Assembly (NCBI GenBank): GCA_965199495.1
Contig: CBDASK010000003.1
Coordinates: forward strand, 1,888,001 to 1,952,000
Source: Abditibacterium sp.
Lineage (GTDB): Bacteria; Armatimonadota; Abditibacteriia; Abditibacteriales; Abditibacteriaceae
Direction of reading: 5' to 3'
DNA length: 64,000 bases
The notes beneath the pieces were generated by a model. It ran no database searches and was not told the origin of the DNA. It was given only the letters and a program-made list of their open reading frames with translations. Below are positions 29,080 to 40,876 of the stretch, one piece after another; positions within the stretch are counted from its first letter, which is position 1; the number at the start of each line of letters is the position of its first letter. Position numbers and translations under genes: made by a program.

Positions 29080-29113
29080 AAAAAGGGCGCGAACCAAAGT
29101 TTCGCGCCCTTTT
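29080..29113. terminator. Terminator after the thiC 3' fragment
   Basis: aaaaagggcgcgaa...ttcgcgccctttt. Confidence 0.7.
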
Positions 29114-29116
29114 ATT

Positions 29117-29521
<405 letters not shown>

Positions 29522-29524
29522 TTA

Positions 29525-30652
29525 TCACAATGAGTTTTCGTATTCCACTATTGGAGTGAGTAGCATCTTGCCAAAAGCTGGCGGCACAGCGTTGCCTATT
29601 ACTTTATATTTCCTATCGAGACTACCGCTTGGAATTGTTGTTTCGGGCAAGCCTTGGATTGCAGCGCATTCCCTCCAAGATAAACGCCGATTGAACTCTC
29701 CTTGTAACGCCCATTCATCTACGCCAACCGACACCATAGGACTCCCTCCTGGATGTAATGGAACATGGTGCGCATGGGCCACAATCGTAAAACTCGGTTC
29801 TTTCCAAGAGCGTTTTCTATTTCTGGTCAAATAATGACCGTGAAATGAAGTGTCACAGTAATCATCATCACTCCACGTTTTGCCCATTATAGCTTTCTCC
29901 AAAGTTTGCGGTTCTGAGCCGATCACGCCCTGTTCCAACTCTTCTTCAAAAGAACGCAACGCCAACCCTGTCCATTTGCAGCTACCTTTGTAAACGCGCT
30001 TGCGACATGCAGATGCTTTTTTTCCTTCAACCTGAAGTTCCAAAGTCCGCGCAATATTTCTTGCCCTCTCACGCAGATAGAAGTCCGCATGAGTAGGCTT
30101 GACAAATTGATACTTGAACTTAATATCTCGGCGCACACCAACGATAAAAACTCGTTCTCGATTTTGAGCAACGCCGTAACGCGAGGCATCCATCTGAGCG
30201 AAAGTAATTTTATAGCCGAGTTCTTTAAAACTGCGAATCTGGTCTTGAAAGAACCAACCATCATCAGCAGATAGCATCCCTCTTACATTCTCTACGAACA
30301 AGTAGCGCGGTTGTACTTGTTTTAACACTCGTAAGAATTCTTTGTAAAGAAAATTCCCCTTGACTTCTTGTAAATCTCGCGGCTCTATGGCGCCAGATGA
30401 GCGACGGCGCGATCCGAGGCTGAATCCGGTGCAAGGATAGCAACCAATGAGCACATCAGCGTTGGGGAATTTCTGAAGGCGAATAATATCAGATTCGTGA
30501 AAGTCGACGTTAGGGAAAGTGTTTTGGTAAGCGTGAGCGGCACTGGTATCTATATCGTTAGCCCAGATTATTTTTGCTCCGGCCTGTTGAGCGCCCCAAT
30601 CGAAGCCTCCACATCCCGAAAATAGCGAAATTGCTGTTAATTCTTTGCGCAC
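29525..30652 (-). CDS. DNA (cytosine-5)-methyltransferase
   Basis: SLFSGCGG (I), GCYPC (IV), ENV (VI), QNRERVFIVG (VIII), RRLS...IQGLP (IX), IGNAVPP (X); GTG start at 30652 after AAGGAG. Confidence 0.93.
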   Translation of the reverse strand: MRKELTAISLFSGCGGFDWGAQQAGAKIIWANDIDTSAAHAYQNTFPNVDFHESDIIRLQKFPNADVLIGCYPCTGFSLGSRRRSSGAIEPRDLQEVKGNFLYKEFLRVLKQVQPRYLFVENVRGMLSADDGWFFQDQIRSFKELGYKITFAQMDASRYGVAQNRERVFIVGVRRDIKFKYQFVKPTHADFYLRERARNIARTLELQVEGKKASACRKRVYKGSCKWTGLALRSFEEELEQGVIGSEPQTLEKAIMGKTWSDDDYCDTSFHGHYLTRNRKRSWKEPSFTIVAHAHHVPLHPGGSPMVSVGVDEWALQGEFNRRLSWRECAAIQGLPETTIPSGSLDRKYKVIGNAVPPAFGKMLLTPIVEYENSL

Positions 30653-30720
30653 AGAAATACACTCCTTTTTCTCATCATCTCTCTTTTTATCATATATGGG
30701 CACGCATGGCCAGTCGCACA

Positions 30721-31743
30721 TTAATAATTTTCTCTTCTTTCTTCAAGAGCGCGTTGCACTAATGCGCGGGCTGGCTCCGCCTCAAATGTAGCCAAACTGT
30801 TGGCCAGTAGCTTCATCAATCTCTCTCGATCAACCAATATACTGCGCACCATATCCTTCAGTTGCCATCCTCCGCTGGTCTGTCGAAAGCAGTAGGGAAT
30901 GAATACCATATTGCAAGCAGGAGTTACATAGCTAATTCTTTGTTGCCACAGTTCATATCCAGAACTGCTTTGTTTTTTCTCCCATTGAGGTGTGCAACCG
31001 CATTGTGCGAATACCACTAAAAGGCCACTATTTTCGTCTTGCATCGGAAGCCAAGCCACCAAATCTAATCCGCCATCTCCAGTGTTAGTCGAAGGATATT
31101 CATCCTCAAGCAGAAGTTTTCCACGAGTATCCTCAGCCAAAGCTCGAACTTTTTGAAAGAAAGTTCCTTTATAACGCCCATTCTCGGACGTTCCAAAAAT
31201 ATGCACTTCGGGATTTCCAGGTAGATAGTTTCGTAGAGCCTGCGCACATAACCGTTCAAACGCAAAGCCAAAGGATTGTATGTTCCCTTTCCCTACTACA
31301 TACCCTTGACAAGAGCAGAGAAGAAACAAAACATATAACTCGCTTTTCACATCGAGATTTTCTTTTCTAATTAATGTTTCCTTGTCTGCAGAAAGCGTAA
31401 AAGGATAGGCTTGAGAGAACGCATTAACACGATAGTCCAAGTAGCGAAACCAATCGTTTACCTTCTCAATATGTTTTTGGTTGTATTGAGCTTGGTCTCC
31501 AGCAGAAGTCGAGTCAAAACCACTTTCCAAAACCTCATTTTCTTCCAATTCGCTTTCTGGCAACCAAATGTCCAACACATCAGATTGTGAAAGCCGTCCA
31601 TCTGGACTTGTCAGGCAGAGTAATTCTATACCGTCAATCCAATGATGAGACAAATAGTCCGCAGCGGGAGGAGTTCTCTCTACACCGGCCAAAACAGGAC
31701 CTTGAACTTTGTTCTTGACAACTTTTTGCTTGCTCTTGCTCAT
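30721..31743 (-). CDS. Putative restriction-endonuclease-fold protein
   Basis: FERLC...GDGGLDLVAW...FAQCGC resembles a PD-(D/E)xK/Mrr-type D...QxK variant; operonic with the MTase. Confidence 0.55.
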   Translation of the reverse strand: MSKSKQKVVKNKVQGPVLAGVERTPPAADYLSHHWIDGIELLCLTSPDGRLSQSDVLDIWLPESELEENEVLESGFDSTSAGDQAQYNQKHIEKVNDWFRYLDYRVNAFSQAYPFTLSADKETLIRKENLDVKSELYVLFLLCSCQGYVVGKGNIQSFGFAFERLCAQALRNYLPGNPEVHIFGTSENGRYKGTFFQKVRALAEDTRGKLLLEDEYPSTNTGDGGLDLVAWLPMQDENSGLLVVFAQCGCTPQWEKKQSSSGYELWQQRISYVTPACNMVFIPYCFRQTSGGWQLKDMVRSILVDRERLMKLLANSLATFEAEPARALVQRALEERRENY

Positions 31744-32846
31744 TATTCATCGTCCTCATCTTCTGACAAGCGTAATCTCACCGCATCACGCACGGTTTTT
31801 GTCAACATGAACAACGTCTGCAAATCATTCAAGTCTGTCGAAGATAATTCCAGTTTATGACTCAGGTTATCTTGAGCATCTTTCACTCTTGCAATGGCAT
31901 CAGAAATCGCCTGCTTGAAATTTTCAGTAGGTGCTCCAGTCAAGAGCAATGCTTCCACTAATGGGCGTCCACTGCGAAAAGCATCCACCGCTTGAGGCGT
32001 GCCAATGACCTTAGCCAGATCAGATAAACGCCTTGATTCTCCCACACGCGTCTTTCCTTCGGAGTTTCGCTCAAAAATCCAGCGCGTCAATTCTTCGAGC
32101 CTATTCACGATAAGGCCTGACGTATCCATAGAACGCCCACTCTCCATTCCTAAAAAAGTCGAGATGTTTTTGTAACCCATCGCCGTCGTGAGAAGAGAAA
32201 AGTCCAAAGTCTGCTCGTCAATACCGTTGATGTTGAAGTAGTCACGAGCCTCAATCGCCTCATAAACCTGTAAGCCCGTCATCAATCCTGCTACGTAATC
32301 AGGGCGACTTCCAATGCTTTTTGCCATGATACGCGCCTGATCTTTTTCTGGCAAATTGCTTGGGAAAGAAGCACGAAGCTGTTTTAAGTAACGAGCCTTA
32401 GCAAGAGTCGGCCAAGGTTTGATACCCGTGACGTGACGAAATCCTAAGTTATCGAGAATCTTGGCCCTATTCTCGAATATCATCGCTGGCAACTCTTTAG
32501 GCCGCTCTTTGGCGCCTTCGCTTGCTTGAGCAATTTCGTTTTTCCTAAGCGTTGCCAAATGAGGATTGAGCAAGAGCTTGGCTGCAGCCAAACGTCTGTT
32601 GCCCTCAATGACAAAGTAACCGCCTTCGGGACGCTTAACGACCATGAGTGGCTCGCCTGGAAAATAACCGTTGGCTGCAATAGAACCTATCAACTCAGTT
32701 ACCGTTGCCTTGTCTATCATCCATGTCAAAACTTCTTGCTCATTTTGATTATGAATTGCAGTTGGTAACCGCGGGTTCAACGGGTCGAAGTGCAAATCAT
32801 CGACTGCGATTAATGATACGACGTTCTCGTTTTTATTTTTGGTCAT
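31743..32846 (-). CDS. ParB/Srx N-terminal domain protein
   Basis: LHFDPLNPRL, SIAANGY..EPL, VIEGNRRLAA, RHVTGIKPW; start set at ATG 32846. Confidence 0.82.
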   Translation of the reverse strand: MTKNKNENVVSLIAVDDLHFDPLNPRLPTAIHNQNEQEVLTWMIDKATVTELIGSIAANGYFPGEPLMVVKRPEGGYFVIEGNRRLAAAKLLLNPHLATLRKNEIAQASEGAKERPKELPAMIFENRAKILDNLGFRHVTGIKPWPTLAKARYLKQLRASFPSNLPEKDQARIMAKSIGSRPDYVAGLMTGLQVYEAIEARDYFNINGIDEQTLDFSLLTTAMGYKNISTFLGMESGRSMDTSGLIVNRLEELTRWIFERNSEGKTRVGESRRLSDLAKVIGTPQAVDAFRSGRPLVEALLLTGAPTENFKQAISDAIARVKDAQDNLSHKLELSSTDLNDLQTLFMLTKTVRDAVRLRLSEDEDDE

Positions 32847-32978
32847 TGTATCCACAAAGCACATTTTATCACCACCAAGAAGTTTGATTAAACCTCACAC
32901 AAATTCTGAGCGGCAACTCTCCCAAAACACAAATTAGGCCATCAGATTTACTGGTGTAAAACTTTCAAATTTACAGAG

Positions 32979-33010
32979 AATCCGCGCGAGAAGTTTCTCG
33001 CGCGGATTTT
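32979..33010. terminator. Terminator hairpin after intact thiC
   Basis: aatccgcgcgagaa...ttctcgcgcggatt. Confidence 0.7.
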
Positions 33011-33022
33011 ACTCGGAGCCAA

Positions 33023-34435
<1,413 letters not shown>

Positions 34436-34499
34436 TCAGTATAAGACGCCTTGACTGGTAAAATAGAATCAAAGGATTTGAAACGCGAACGGATCGGCC

Positions 34500-34910
34500 T
34501 TATCGCTGCGAATCGCGAAAAGGATGTTGGCGCAAAATCTGTTGATGGCGCTCGGATTCGCGCGCGGCCCAATTGGAATCGAGCATCGCCAACAACTCGA
34601 TTTGTTTTGCAAAAGCAATGCGCCGACCATCTTGCGACTCGATGCGATGCTCTAATTCGTAGGAAAACGCCATGCTAAACGTCACGTCGGCGAAAATCCA
34701 TTCGAGCAGTTGATCGAGAAACGGCGCCCATTTGCGATCCAATTCCTGCCCGCGTTCGACGACCACGTAGAAGTAGAATCGGGAATCTACTCCGATGTGC
34801 GGGCGCGCGAAATCTTCGCTGGTGCCATAAGTCGGCAGCAGGTTTTCGGGCGAATTGATTTTGGCAGCCAAATGGTCAACTTCGACTTTAATTTCGGGCA
34901 AAGTGAGCAT
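34500..34910 (-). CDS. Imm63-like immunity protein (orphan)
   Basis: PTYGTSEDFARPHI, VVVERGQE, ELEHRIESQDGRRIAFAKQ, recognised as the Imm63 pattern. Confidence 0.7.
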   Translation of the reverse strand: MLTLPEIKVEVDHLAAKINSPENLLPTYGTSEDFARPHIGVDSRFYFYVVVERGQELDRKWAPFLDQLLEWIFADVTFSMAFSYELEHRIESQDGRRIAFAKQIELLAMLDSNWAARESERHQQILRQHPFRDSQR

Positions 34911-34913
34911 GAT

Positions 34914-35876
34914 TTACGGTTTCCAAACCAACGATTTCGCTTCGTCGGGCGTAATCAGCGCGACGTGTCCATCGGCGAAACCAATCGCGGCTTTGCCATC
35001 GTAGCGGAAAACCGGCGTTTCGTTCTGGCCTTCGTAGAATAAAATGGTTTGCGCGGGCTTTTTAATTTCATCCGTTTTGAGGCCGCTGAGATTGCCGTTA
35101 AAGCTATAGATTTCGTTAGTGTTGGGCACCAGAAACAATTCGGGCGCCACAAACACCGTAGAGTTCCTCATGTAAGGGGCGAGAGCTTCCCTGTAATAAG
35201 GCGCGCCAAAAACGTAAGCATCGTCGTAATCCTGTGCGAACGCTGCCGCGCACAAACCTAATTTACGGAGATTCTCCATCGAACGCTCGGCGGGAGTGGC
35301 TTTGATTTTTGGCATCTGCGTTTGCGCGAAACCATAAGCGATGTTGGCCAGCAACACATCGTGTTTGGCGATGAACTCGGAACTGGTCATTTCAGCTGGC
35401 GCGGTTGGCGGCGGCACGATTCTCCAGACGGCGTGGCTTCCCCCAGAAGGGTTAGCTCCGAATTTGAGATCGACAGTTTCTTGATGCACACCGCTCCAAA
35501 ACTTGCGTTGTTCGTCATCGTCAATTTTCGGGGGAATAATTTTATATTCGACAACGGCGCGCGCGTCCGTTTGGCTGCTGCCCTGAACGCGAACGGATTC
35601 GATTTGAATCGCGCTCTCTTGCAAAAGTCGATTTAATTGTTTTGCCCAGTCGAAGGCTCCGAAATAGCCATAACGCGCGCCATAAATGTAGGGATAAACG
35701 GAGAAATAGCCGTCTTCCTGAGTCGCGGCCCGCGTCAACGCGCTCAAATCTTGCTTGATTTGTCCGGCGACATCCGCCGGACGCGCTGCCATTGATTGCG
35801 GCGTGACATCGGTTTGTGCCAGCGCGGGCGCCACGCGTAATGTCGCGGCCAGTGCGGAATAGAGGAAAATTTTCAT
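34914..35876 (-). CDS. Secreted DUF1559-like protein with an FADGHV (H-X9-DG-type) C-terminus; paralog of 39235-40224
   Basis: Signal peptide MKIFLYSALAATL...ALAQ; SMENLRKLGL...QDYDD; YSFN; FADGHV. Confidence 0.78.
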   Translation of the reverse strand: MKIFLYSALAATLRVAPALAQTDVTPQSMAARPADVAGQIKQDLSALTRAATQEDGYFSVYPYIYGARYGYFGAFDWAKQLNRLLQESAIQIESVRVQGSSQTDARAVVEYKIIPPKIDDDEQRKFWSGVHQETVDLKFGANPSGGSHAVWRIVPPPTAPAEMTSSEFIAKHDVLLANIAYGFAQTQMPKIKATPAERSMENLRKLGLCAAAFAQDYDDAYVFGAPYYREALAPYMRNSTVFVAPELFLVPNTNEIYSFNGNLSGLKTDEIKKPAQTILFYEGQNETPVFRYDGKAAIGFADGHVALITPDEAKSLVWKP

Positions 35877-35945
35877 TATCCAAATTATAATCGCCAATAA
35901 CAAAAAACGAGAGGCAATCGCCTCACGTTTTCACCAATTCGACGT

Positions 35946-36110
35946 TTAATCGTCGGCTTTTCTGTCAATTCGCGCGTGTCGTAATAACCGCGAAAGAACT
36001 CGATTTTGCCGTCGCCGTTGTGCAACCACGTCGAACCGTGAGGATGAACTTGGTCGTAGAGCGCGCGGCAAATGCAGCCACGGCGGCGTTGGTTCGAGCG
36101 CGTGCATCAC
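35946..36110 (-). pseudogene. Decayed, internally deleted copy of the SnoaL-like gene
   Basis: aattcgcgcgtgtcgtaataaccgcgaaagaactcgattttgccgtcg is identical to the 3' part of 40297-40701; further patches match its 5' part. Confidence 0.8.
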
Positions 36111-36122
36111 GCGGCTTTCGCG

Positions 36123-36160
36123 AAAAACCCGCAGTCGAAATTGTTCGACTGCGGGTTTTT
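36123..36160. terminator. Bidirectional terminator after the M16 peptidase gene
   Basis: aaaaacccgcagtcgaa attg ttcgactgcgggttttt. Confidence 0.8.
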
Positions 36161-36172
36161 CGTTCCCTTTCG

Positions 36173-39088
36173 TTAGCTTTTCTTCTCGGCCTGCGTGCCC
36201 GAAATCACTAATGTGCCCAGCGAAGGATCGAGATATTTCTTGGCCGCTTCGTTGACCTGCGCGGGCGTGACGGCGCGATAATAACCGTTGCGTTTCTGGA
36301 TGTAATCGTTGCCCAAACCGTAAATTTCGCCGACCAACAGTTGACCCGCGACGTTGGAATTTGTGGCCAGCGTCACGGCGTAGGAACCCGTGATATAATC
36401 GACGGCTTTGCTGACTTCATCGGGCGTGAAACCCTGCGTTTGGGCCAGCGTGATCTGGTGACGCGTTTCGGCGATGGCTTTGTCCACGTTCGCCGGATTG
36501 CTACCGAAACCAACTGTGAACGGCCCGGCGCCCATCGAAGCCGCCGTGCCCGCGTAAATGCCGTAAACCAAACCCATTTTGTCGCGGACATTCACCGCCA
36601 GTCGCGACGACAAGCCGCCGCCGCCACCCAAAATCGTGTTCATCACGATAACGCGATAAAAATCGGGATCAGAGCGCTTGAGGTGCGACGGATAACCGTA
36701 AATCACATCGGTCTGCGCCTTGTCGGGCACGTTGATAATTAACGGTTTGGCCAGCGTCGCCGAGGCCGCTTTGCCCGCTTTCATATCTACGTCGGCGATG
36801 TTAATGGCGGGCAAGTTGCCTTTTTTGGGCCAATCGCCGAACGCCTTGGTGATAGCAGCCACGGCGGCTGCGGTGTCAACGTCGCCCACGACCGTCAGCA
36901 CCATTTTGTCGGGCGCGTAGTGATCGGCGTGAAACTTCACCAAATCTTCGCGCTTGAGGTTTTTGATGATGTCGGTCTGCTCGTCCAGCGTCGGCATATG
37001 ATACGGATGACCGACCGGATAAAGCGCGTTCATAAAGGCGATGCGCCCCAGAGTTCCCGTATCCTGACGCTCTTCTGCGAGCGCGGCCAGCGTTTGCTGG
37101 CGCGCCTTTTCCAGTTCGTCGGCGGGAAAGCTGGGGTTGCGCATTTCGTCGGACAAAACGCTCAGCATGGTGCCGAAATCGCGCGACAGCGAGCGCCCGT
37201 TAATCGAAGCGTATTCGTCGCCGCCGCTCACGCCAACACTCGCGCCGACGCCTTCGAGCGTGCGCGCGATGTCCAAAAGCGAGCGCGTCGTGGTGCCGCG
37301 CGACAGTTGCGACGCGGTAAAATCAGCCAGCCCGGATTTGCCAGCCGGGTCGAAAACGCCGCCCGCCGACAGCAACGCGCCGCTCAGGGCGACGGTGGGA
37401 TTGGCGTGATTTTCCTCGACGATGACGGTCAAGCCGTTGGGCAAAACCACGCGCGTCGGCGCGGTTTTCGCTTTTGTTGCTGCGTTTGGCGTCGGCGCTG
37501 TCGGCGCTTTCATCTGCGCGTTGGCGCGCACGAGCGGCTTCAACTGCGCGAGTTGTTTAATCCCAACTGCCGAAGCCGAGGGATTGCGTCCCCAACTCGC
37601 CAGAGACTTCGGCGGCGCGGGCTTCACTGCCGCCGGTGCCATCGGCCCCGCCGCCGTGGCTGCTTGCGCGGCGCCAGCGCCAGTCGTTATCGGATCGAAG
37701 TAGCCGACGGTGCGATTATTGGGCGTCAGATACTTTTTGGCGACGCGCTGCACATCGGCGGGCGTGACTTTACGCAAATTGTCGAGATAGGTTTCGCCAT
37801 ATTTCCAGTTGCCGCGCACGGCGTATTCGCCCAACTGCGCGCCCTGCGACTGCACCGAATCGCGCCCATAAATGTAAGCGGCTTCGGACTGATTCACCAC
37901 GCGCTTCAATTCGTCGGCGGCAATCGGTGTGGTCTGCAACTTCTCGACTTGATCGAGCAGCGCCTTTTCGAGCTTCTCGTTGGAAACGCCAGGTTGCGCC
38001 GTCGCATCGAGCGTCAGCAAATCGGGATCGCGCAAGCCGTAATCGTAGGCGTCCGCCGACGAAGCGAGGCCGGTTTGCACCAGAGCGCCGAAAAAGCGCG
38101 CGGTGCGCCCGCCCGATAGCGTGCCCTCCAAAACATCGAGCGCGTAGCGGTCGGGCGTGTCAAAGGCCGGGATGTGATAGGCGATTTGCACCTGCCCCAC
38201 GGTTCCGGCGCGGCGCACGATGACGCGGCGCTCTCCCTCCTGCGCGGGTTCGGGCGTGATGAAGTGCGGCGCAATCGGCTTGCGCGGCGTCGCGCCGAAA
38301 TACTGCTTTACCATCTTCAGCGCCGCGTTGGTATCGAAGTCGCCGACCATCACGACGACAGCGTTGTTGGGCACGTAATACTTCTGGTAATACGCATACA
38401 TTTCGTCGCGGTTAATGTTCTCGATGTCGGAGCGAAAACCGATGGTCATCCAGCGATAGGGATGCACCTGATAGGCCGCCAATCGCACGGCTTTGGTAAG
38501 CGCGGTGCTGGGATTGTTTTCGCCGCTTTCGTATTCCGAGCGCACGACGGTCATCTCTTTTTGATGTTCGCCCTCGTTAAAGAGCGAGTTCGACATCCGA
38601 TCCGATTCGAGTTTCATCGCCATTTCCAAACGGTCGGAAGCCAGCGTCTCGAAATAGCAGGTGCGGTCGAACGAAGTCGTGGCGTTGAAATCGGCGCCGT
38701 TTTGCTGCAACAGCGCGCTGATTTCGCCCGGTTTGCGCGTCGTCGTGCCCTTGAACATCATGTGTTCGAGCAGGTGGCTCATGCCCGACTGGCCCAACTG
38801 TTCATCCACGGAACCGGCCTTATACCAGACCGAAAAGTAAGCCACGGGCGCGCTATGCACCTCTTTGGTCAAAATCGTCAGGCCGTTGGGGAGCTTGTGC
38901 TCCTCGATTCCGTTGAGCGAACCAACCGACAGGATGCCCGCCATCGGATTCGCCATTGCCTTCGGCAACGGTGCGACTTGCGCGACCGGAACTCCGGGCG
39001 CAGTCGCATTTTGAGCGTAAGTCGGAGCGCCAGCGATGGCCAGAGCAAGCAGCAGAGAAATCGGCGAAAAACGCCCGAAATGTTTCAT
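36173..39088 (-). CDS. Secreted M16 family (pitrilysin-like) zinc peptidase, fused two-half form
   Basis: Signal peptide; HLLEH inverted zinc motif; FNATTS; second half with LPNGL and SSRL...R..GLVY. Confidence 0.93.
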   Translation of the reverse strand: MKHFGRFSPISLLLALAIAGAPTYAQNATAPGVPVAQVAPLPKAMANPMAGILSVGSLNGIEEHKLPNGLTILTKEVHSAPVAYFSVWYKAGSVDEQLGQSGMSHLLEHMMFKGTTTRKPGEISALLQQNGADFNATTSFDRTCYFETLASDRLEMAMKLESDRMSNSLFNEGEHQKEMTVVRSEYESGENNPSTALTKAVRLAAYQVHPYRWMTIGFRSDIENINRDEMYAYYQKYYVPNNAVVVMVGDFDTNAALKMVKQYFGATPRKPIAPHFITPEPAQEGERRVIVRRAGTVGQVQIAYHIPAFDTPDRYALDVLEGTLSGGRTARFFGALVQTGLASSADAYDYGLRDPDLLTLDATAQPGVSNEKLEKALLDQVEKLQTTPIAADELKRVVNQSEAAYIYGRDSVQSQGAQLGEYAVRGNWKYGETYLDNLRKVTPADVQRVAKKYLTPNNRTVGYFDPITTGAGAAQAATAAGPMAPAAVKPAPPKSLASWGRNPSASAVGIKQLAQLKPLVRANAQMKAPTAPTPNAATKAKTAPTRVVLPNGLTVIVEENHANPTVALSGALLSAGGVFDPAGKSGLADFTASQLSRGTTTRSLLDIARTLEGVGASVGVSGGDEYASINGRSLSRDFGTMLSVLSDEMRNPSFPADELEKARQQTLAALAEERQDTGTLGRIAFMNALYPVGHPYHMPTLDEQTDIIKNLKREDLVKFHADHYAPDKMVLTVVGDVDTAAAVAAITKAFGDWPKKGNLPAINIADVDMKAGKAASATLAKPLIINVPDKAQTDVIYGYPSHLKRSDPDFYRVIVMNTILGGGGGLSSRLAVNVRDKMGLVYGIYAGTAASMGAGPFTVGFGSNPANVDKAIAETRHQITLAQTQGFTPDEVSKAVDYITGSYAVTLATNSNVAGQLLVGEIYGLGNDYIQKRNGYYRAVTPAQVNEAAKKYLDPSLGTLVISGTQAEKKS

Positions 39089-39234
39089 AATTAAGACGAG
39101 AAAGCGCGTCGCAAAAACAGCCGCGCTGGCTCGTGTTGGAGCCTTTAATCCGACGTATTAAAGACTAAACTAACCCCAAAGAATTGTGCCCGCCAACTGG
39201 GTTTCTTCTCAGACGAACGCGGTTTATACTAAAT

Positions 39235-40224
39235 TCACGGTTTCCAAATTAAATTTTTCGCTTCATCAGGCGTAACCAGCGCGACGTGCCCATCGGCGAA
39301 ACAAATCGCGGCTTTGCCATCGTAGCGGAAAATCGGCGTTTCGTTCTGGCCTTCGTATAACATTACGGTTTGTGTCACTTTGTTCGTGTAATCGGCTTTA
39401 GTCGCGCTGAGATTACCGTTGAAGGTGTAAATTTCGTTGGTATCAGGCACTTGAAAAACGAGGGGATCGGAGATGTAAGGTGAGAGGGCTTGCGTAAAAT
39501 AGCGCGGCTCGAACGCGTAAATCTCGTTGTAATCCTGCACCGATTGTAAAACGCACAGTCCCAGCAATCTGAGATTATCTATGGAACGCGCGGCGGGCGT
39601 CCGGGTAGTTTCGAGCGTTTGCTTCTGCGCGAGATGATAAGCCACGTTAGCAAACAGATTATCTTTCGTCTCGGCGTCCGGGAGATTGAAGGCGGGCGGC
39701 GGCGTTTCGGGTGGCACAATTTGCCAGACCTTGCGTATAGGAGCAGAGAGCGTGGAGCCAAGCTTGAAATCTAAAATTTCTTGGCGCGCTCCCTTCCAAA
39801 ATTCGGTTTGTTCTTGGCCGTCGCGCGCTGGTTTGAAAGAGTAGGCGACCGCCGCTTTAACTGCGTCGCCGTCGCGCGCGAGAATCTTTATATCATCAAT
39901 TTGCACGTTATTGGCGTAGAGCAACATTGCCAAATCGCGCTTCCACTCGCTGGAGCCAAAAAAGCCAATGCGAGCGCCAAAGATATAGCTCTCGCCCGCG
40001 AAAACTTCGCTCTGCTTGAGGCGATTCGCCAGTGGTTGACCCCGCCTGAGAGAATCTGCCAGAGCTTGCATATCTTCTTTGATTTGTAGATTCACTTCTG
40101 CCGGACGTAGCTGTTGGCCATTGGCGAGTTGAACCGAAAACATCCGTGCGCCTTCCTGCGGTTGCGCCATCGCAGGCGCAACGCATAATGTCGCGGCCAG
40201 TGCAGAGTAGATGAAAATTTTCAT
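39235..40224 (-). CDS. Secreted DUF1559-like protein with an FADGHV C-terminus; paralog of 34914-35876
   Basis: MKIFIYSALAATL...AMAQ; SIDNLRLLGL...QDYNE; YEGQNETPIFRYDGKAAICFADGHV. Confidence 0.78.
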   Translation of the reverse strand: MKIFIYSALAATLCVAPAMAQPQEGARMFSVQLANGQQLRPAEVNLQIKEDMQALADSLRRGQPLANRLKQSEVFAGESYIFGARIGFFGSSEWKRDLAMLLYANNVQIDDIKILARDGDAVKAAVAYSFKPARDGQEQTEFWKGARQEILDFKLGSTLSAPIRKVWQIVPPETPPPAFNLPDAETKDNLFANVAYHLAQKQTLETTRTPAARSIDNLRLLGLCVLQSVQDYNEIYAFEPRYFTQALSPYISDPLVFQVPDTNEIYTFNGNLSATKADYTNKVTQTVMLYEGQNETPIFRYDGKAAICFADGHVALVTPDEAKNLIWKP

Positions 40225-40296
40225 TAGAGAAATTATACTGCCAATCGCAACAAAAAACGCGCGACCAATTGACCGCGCGTTTTTGAAATTCGATAT

Positions 40297-40701
40297 TTAA
40301 TCTTCGCCTTTTACCGTTAATTCGCGCGTGTCGTAATAACCGCGAAAGAACTCGATTTTGCCGTCGGCGCCGAATTGCAACAACGTCGCGCCGTGATAAT
40401 GCACTTCGTCGCCCGCCGGGTTTGTGCCTTCGGTCGTCCAGAATAAGCCCGCCGCGTTGTCGCTGGTCGTGACGTGATGAAACTTGGAAAAAACTTCGCC
40501 CAGCGTTTCTTTGTATTCCGTCCAGAATTTAGTGATTTGGTCGGTGCCTTTCATCTCGGCGTTTTTGCTGTCGAGGGCTGAATTGCTCAGCGTGGCGTCG
40601 TCGGCGTAGAGCGCGACAAGTGCAGCCACGTCGGAGGCGTCGCCCTGTTCGAGCGCGTGTAGCGCGTCAATGAATGTTTGTGCTTGTGTTTTGATGTCCA
40701 T
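40297..40701 (-). CDS. SnoaL/NTF2-like protein
   Basis: LVALYADDA, G..QI..FW, GKI..FRGYYD; start set at ATG 40701. Confidence 0.82.
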   Translation of the reverse strand: MDIKTQAQTFIDALHALEQGDASDVAALVALYADDATLSNSALDSKNAEMKGTDQITKFWTEYKETLGEVFSKFHHVTTSDNAAGLFWTTEGTNPAGDEVHYHGATLLQFGADGKIEFFRGYYDTRELTVKGED

Positions 40702-40876
40702 GATTTTGGTTTTGGCTTGGTTTGCGAAATCAATGCCGCGATGTAGAACAAAGAGGGAAATTGGCACTAGAAATCCCCTTTTTATTGCCGCGATACGGAC
40801 TGATAAAAATGACGGGAAAAAGGTAAGTGTCAATTTGTTGCAACTGAAAAATCGTTCTGGAGGAACACGAAAAACT

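Noticed and set aside
36920..39094. Long plus-strand ORFs (399 aa, 306 aa) and similar antisense ORFs elsewhere
   Set aside because: Shadow frames opposite well-supported genes, expected in GC-rich DNA
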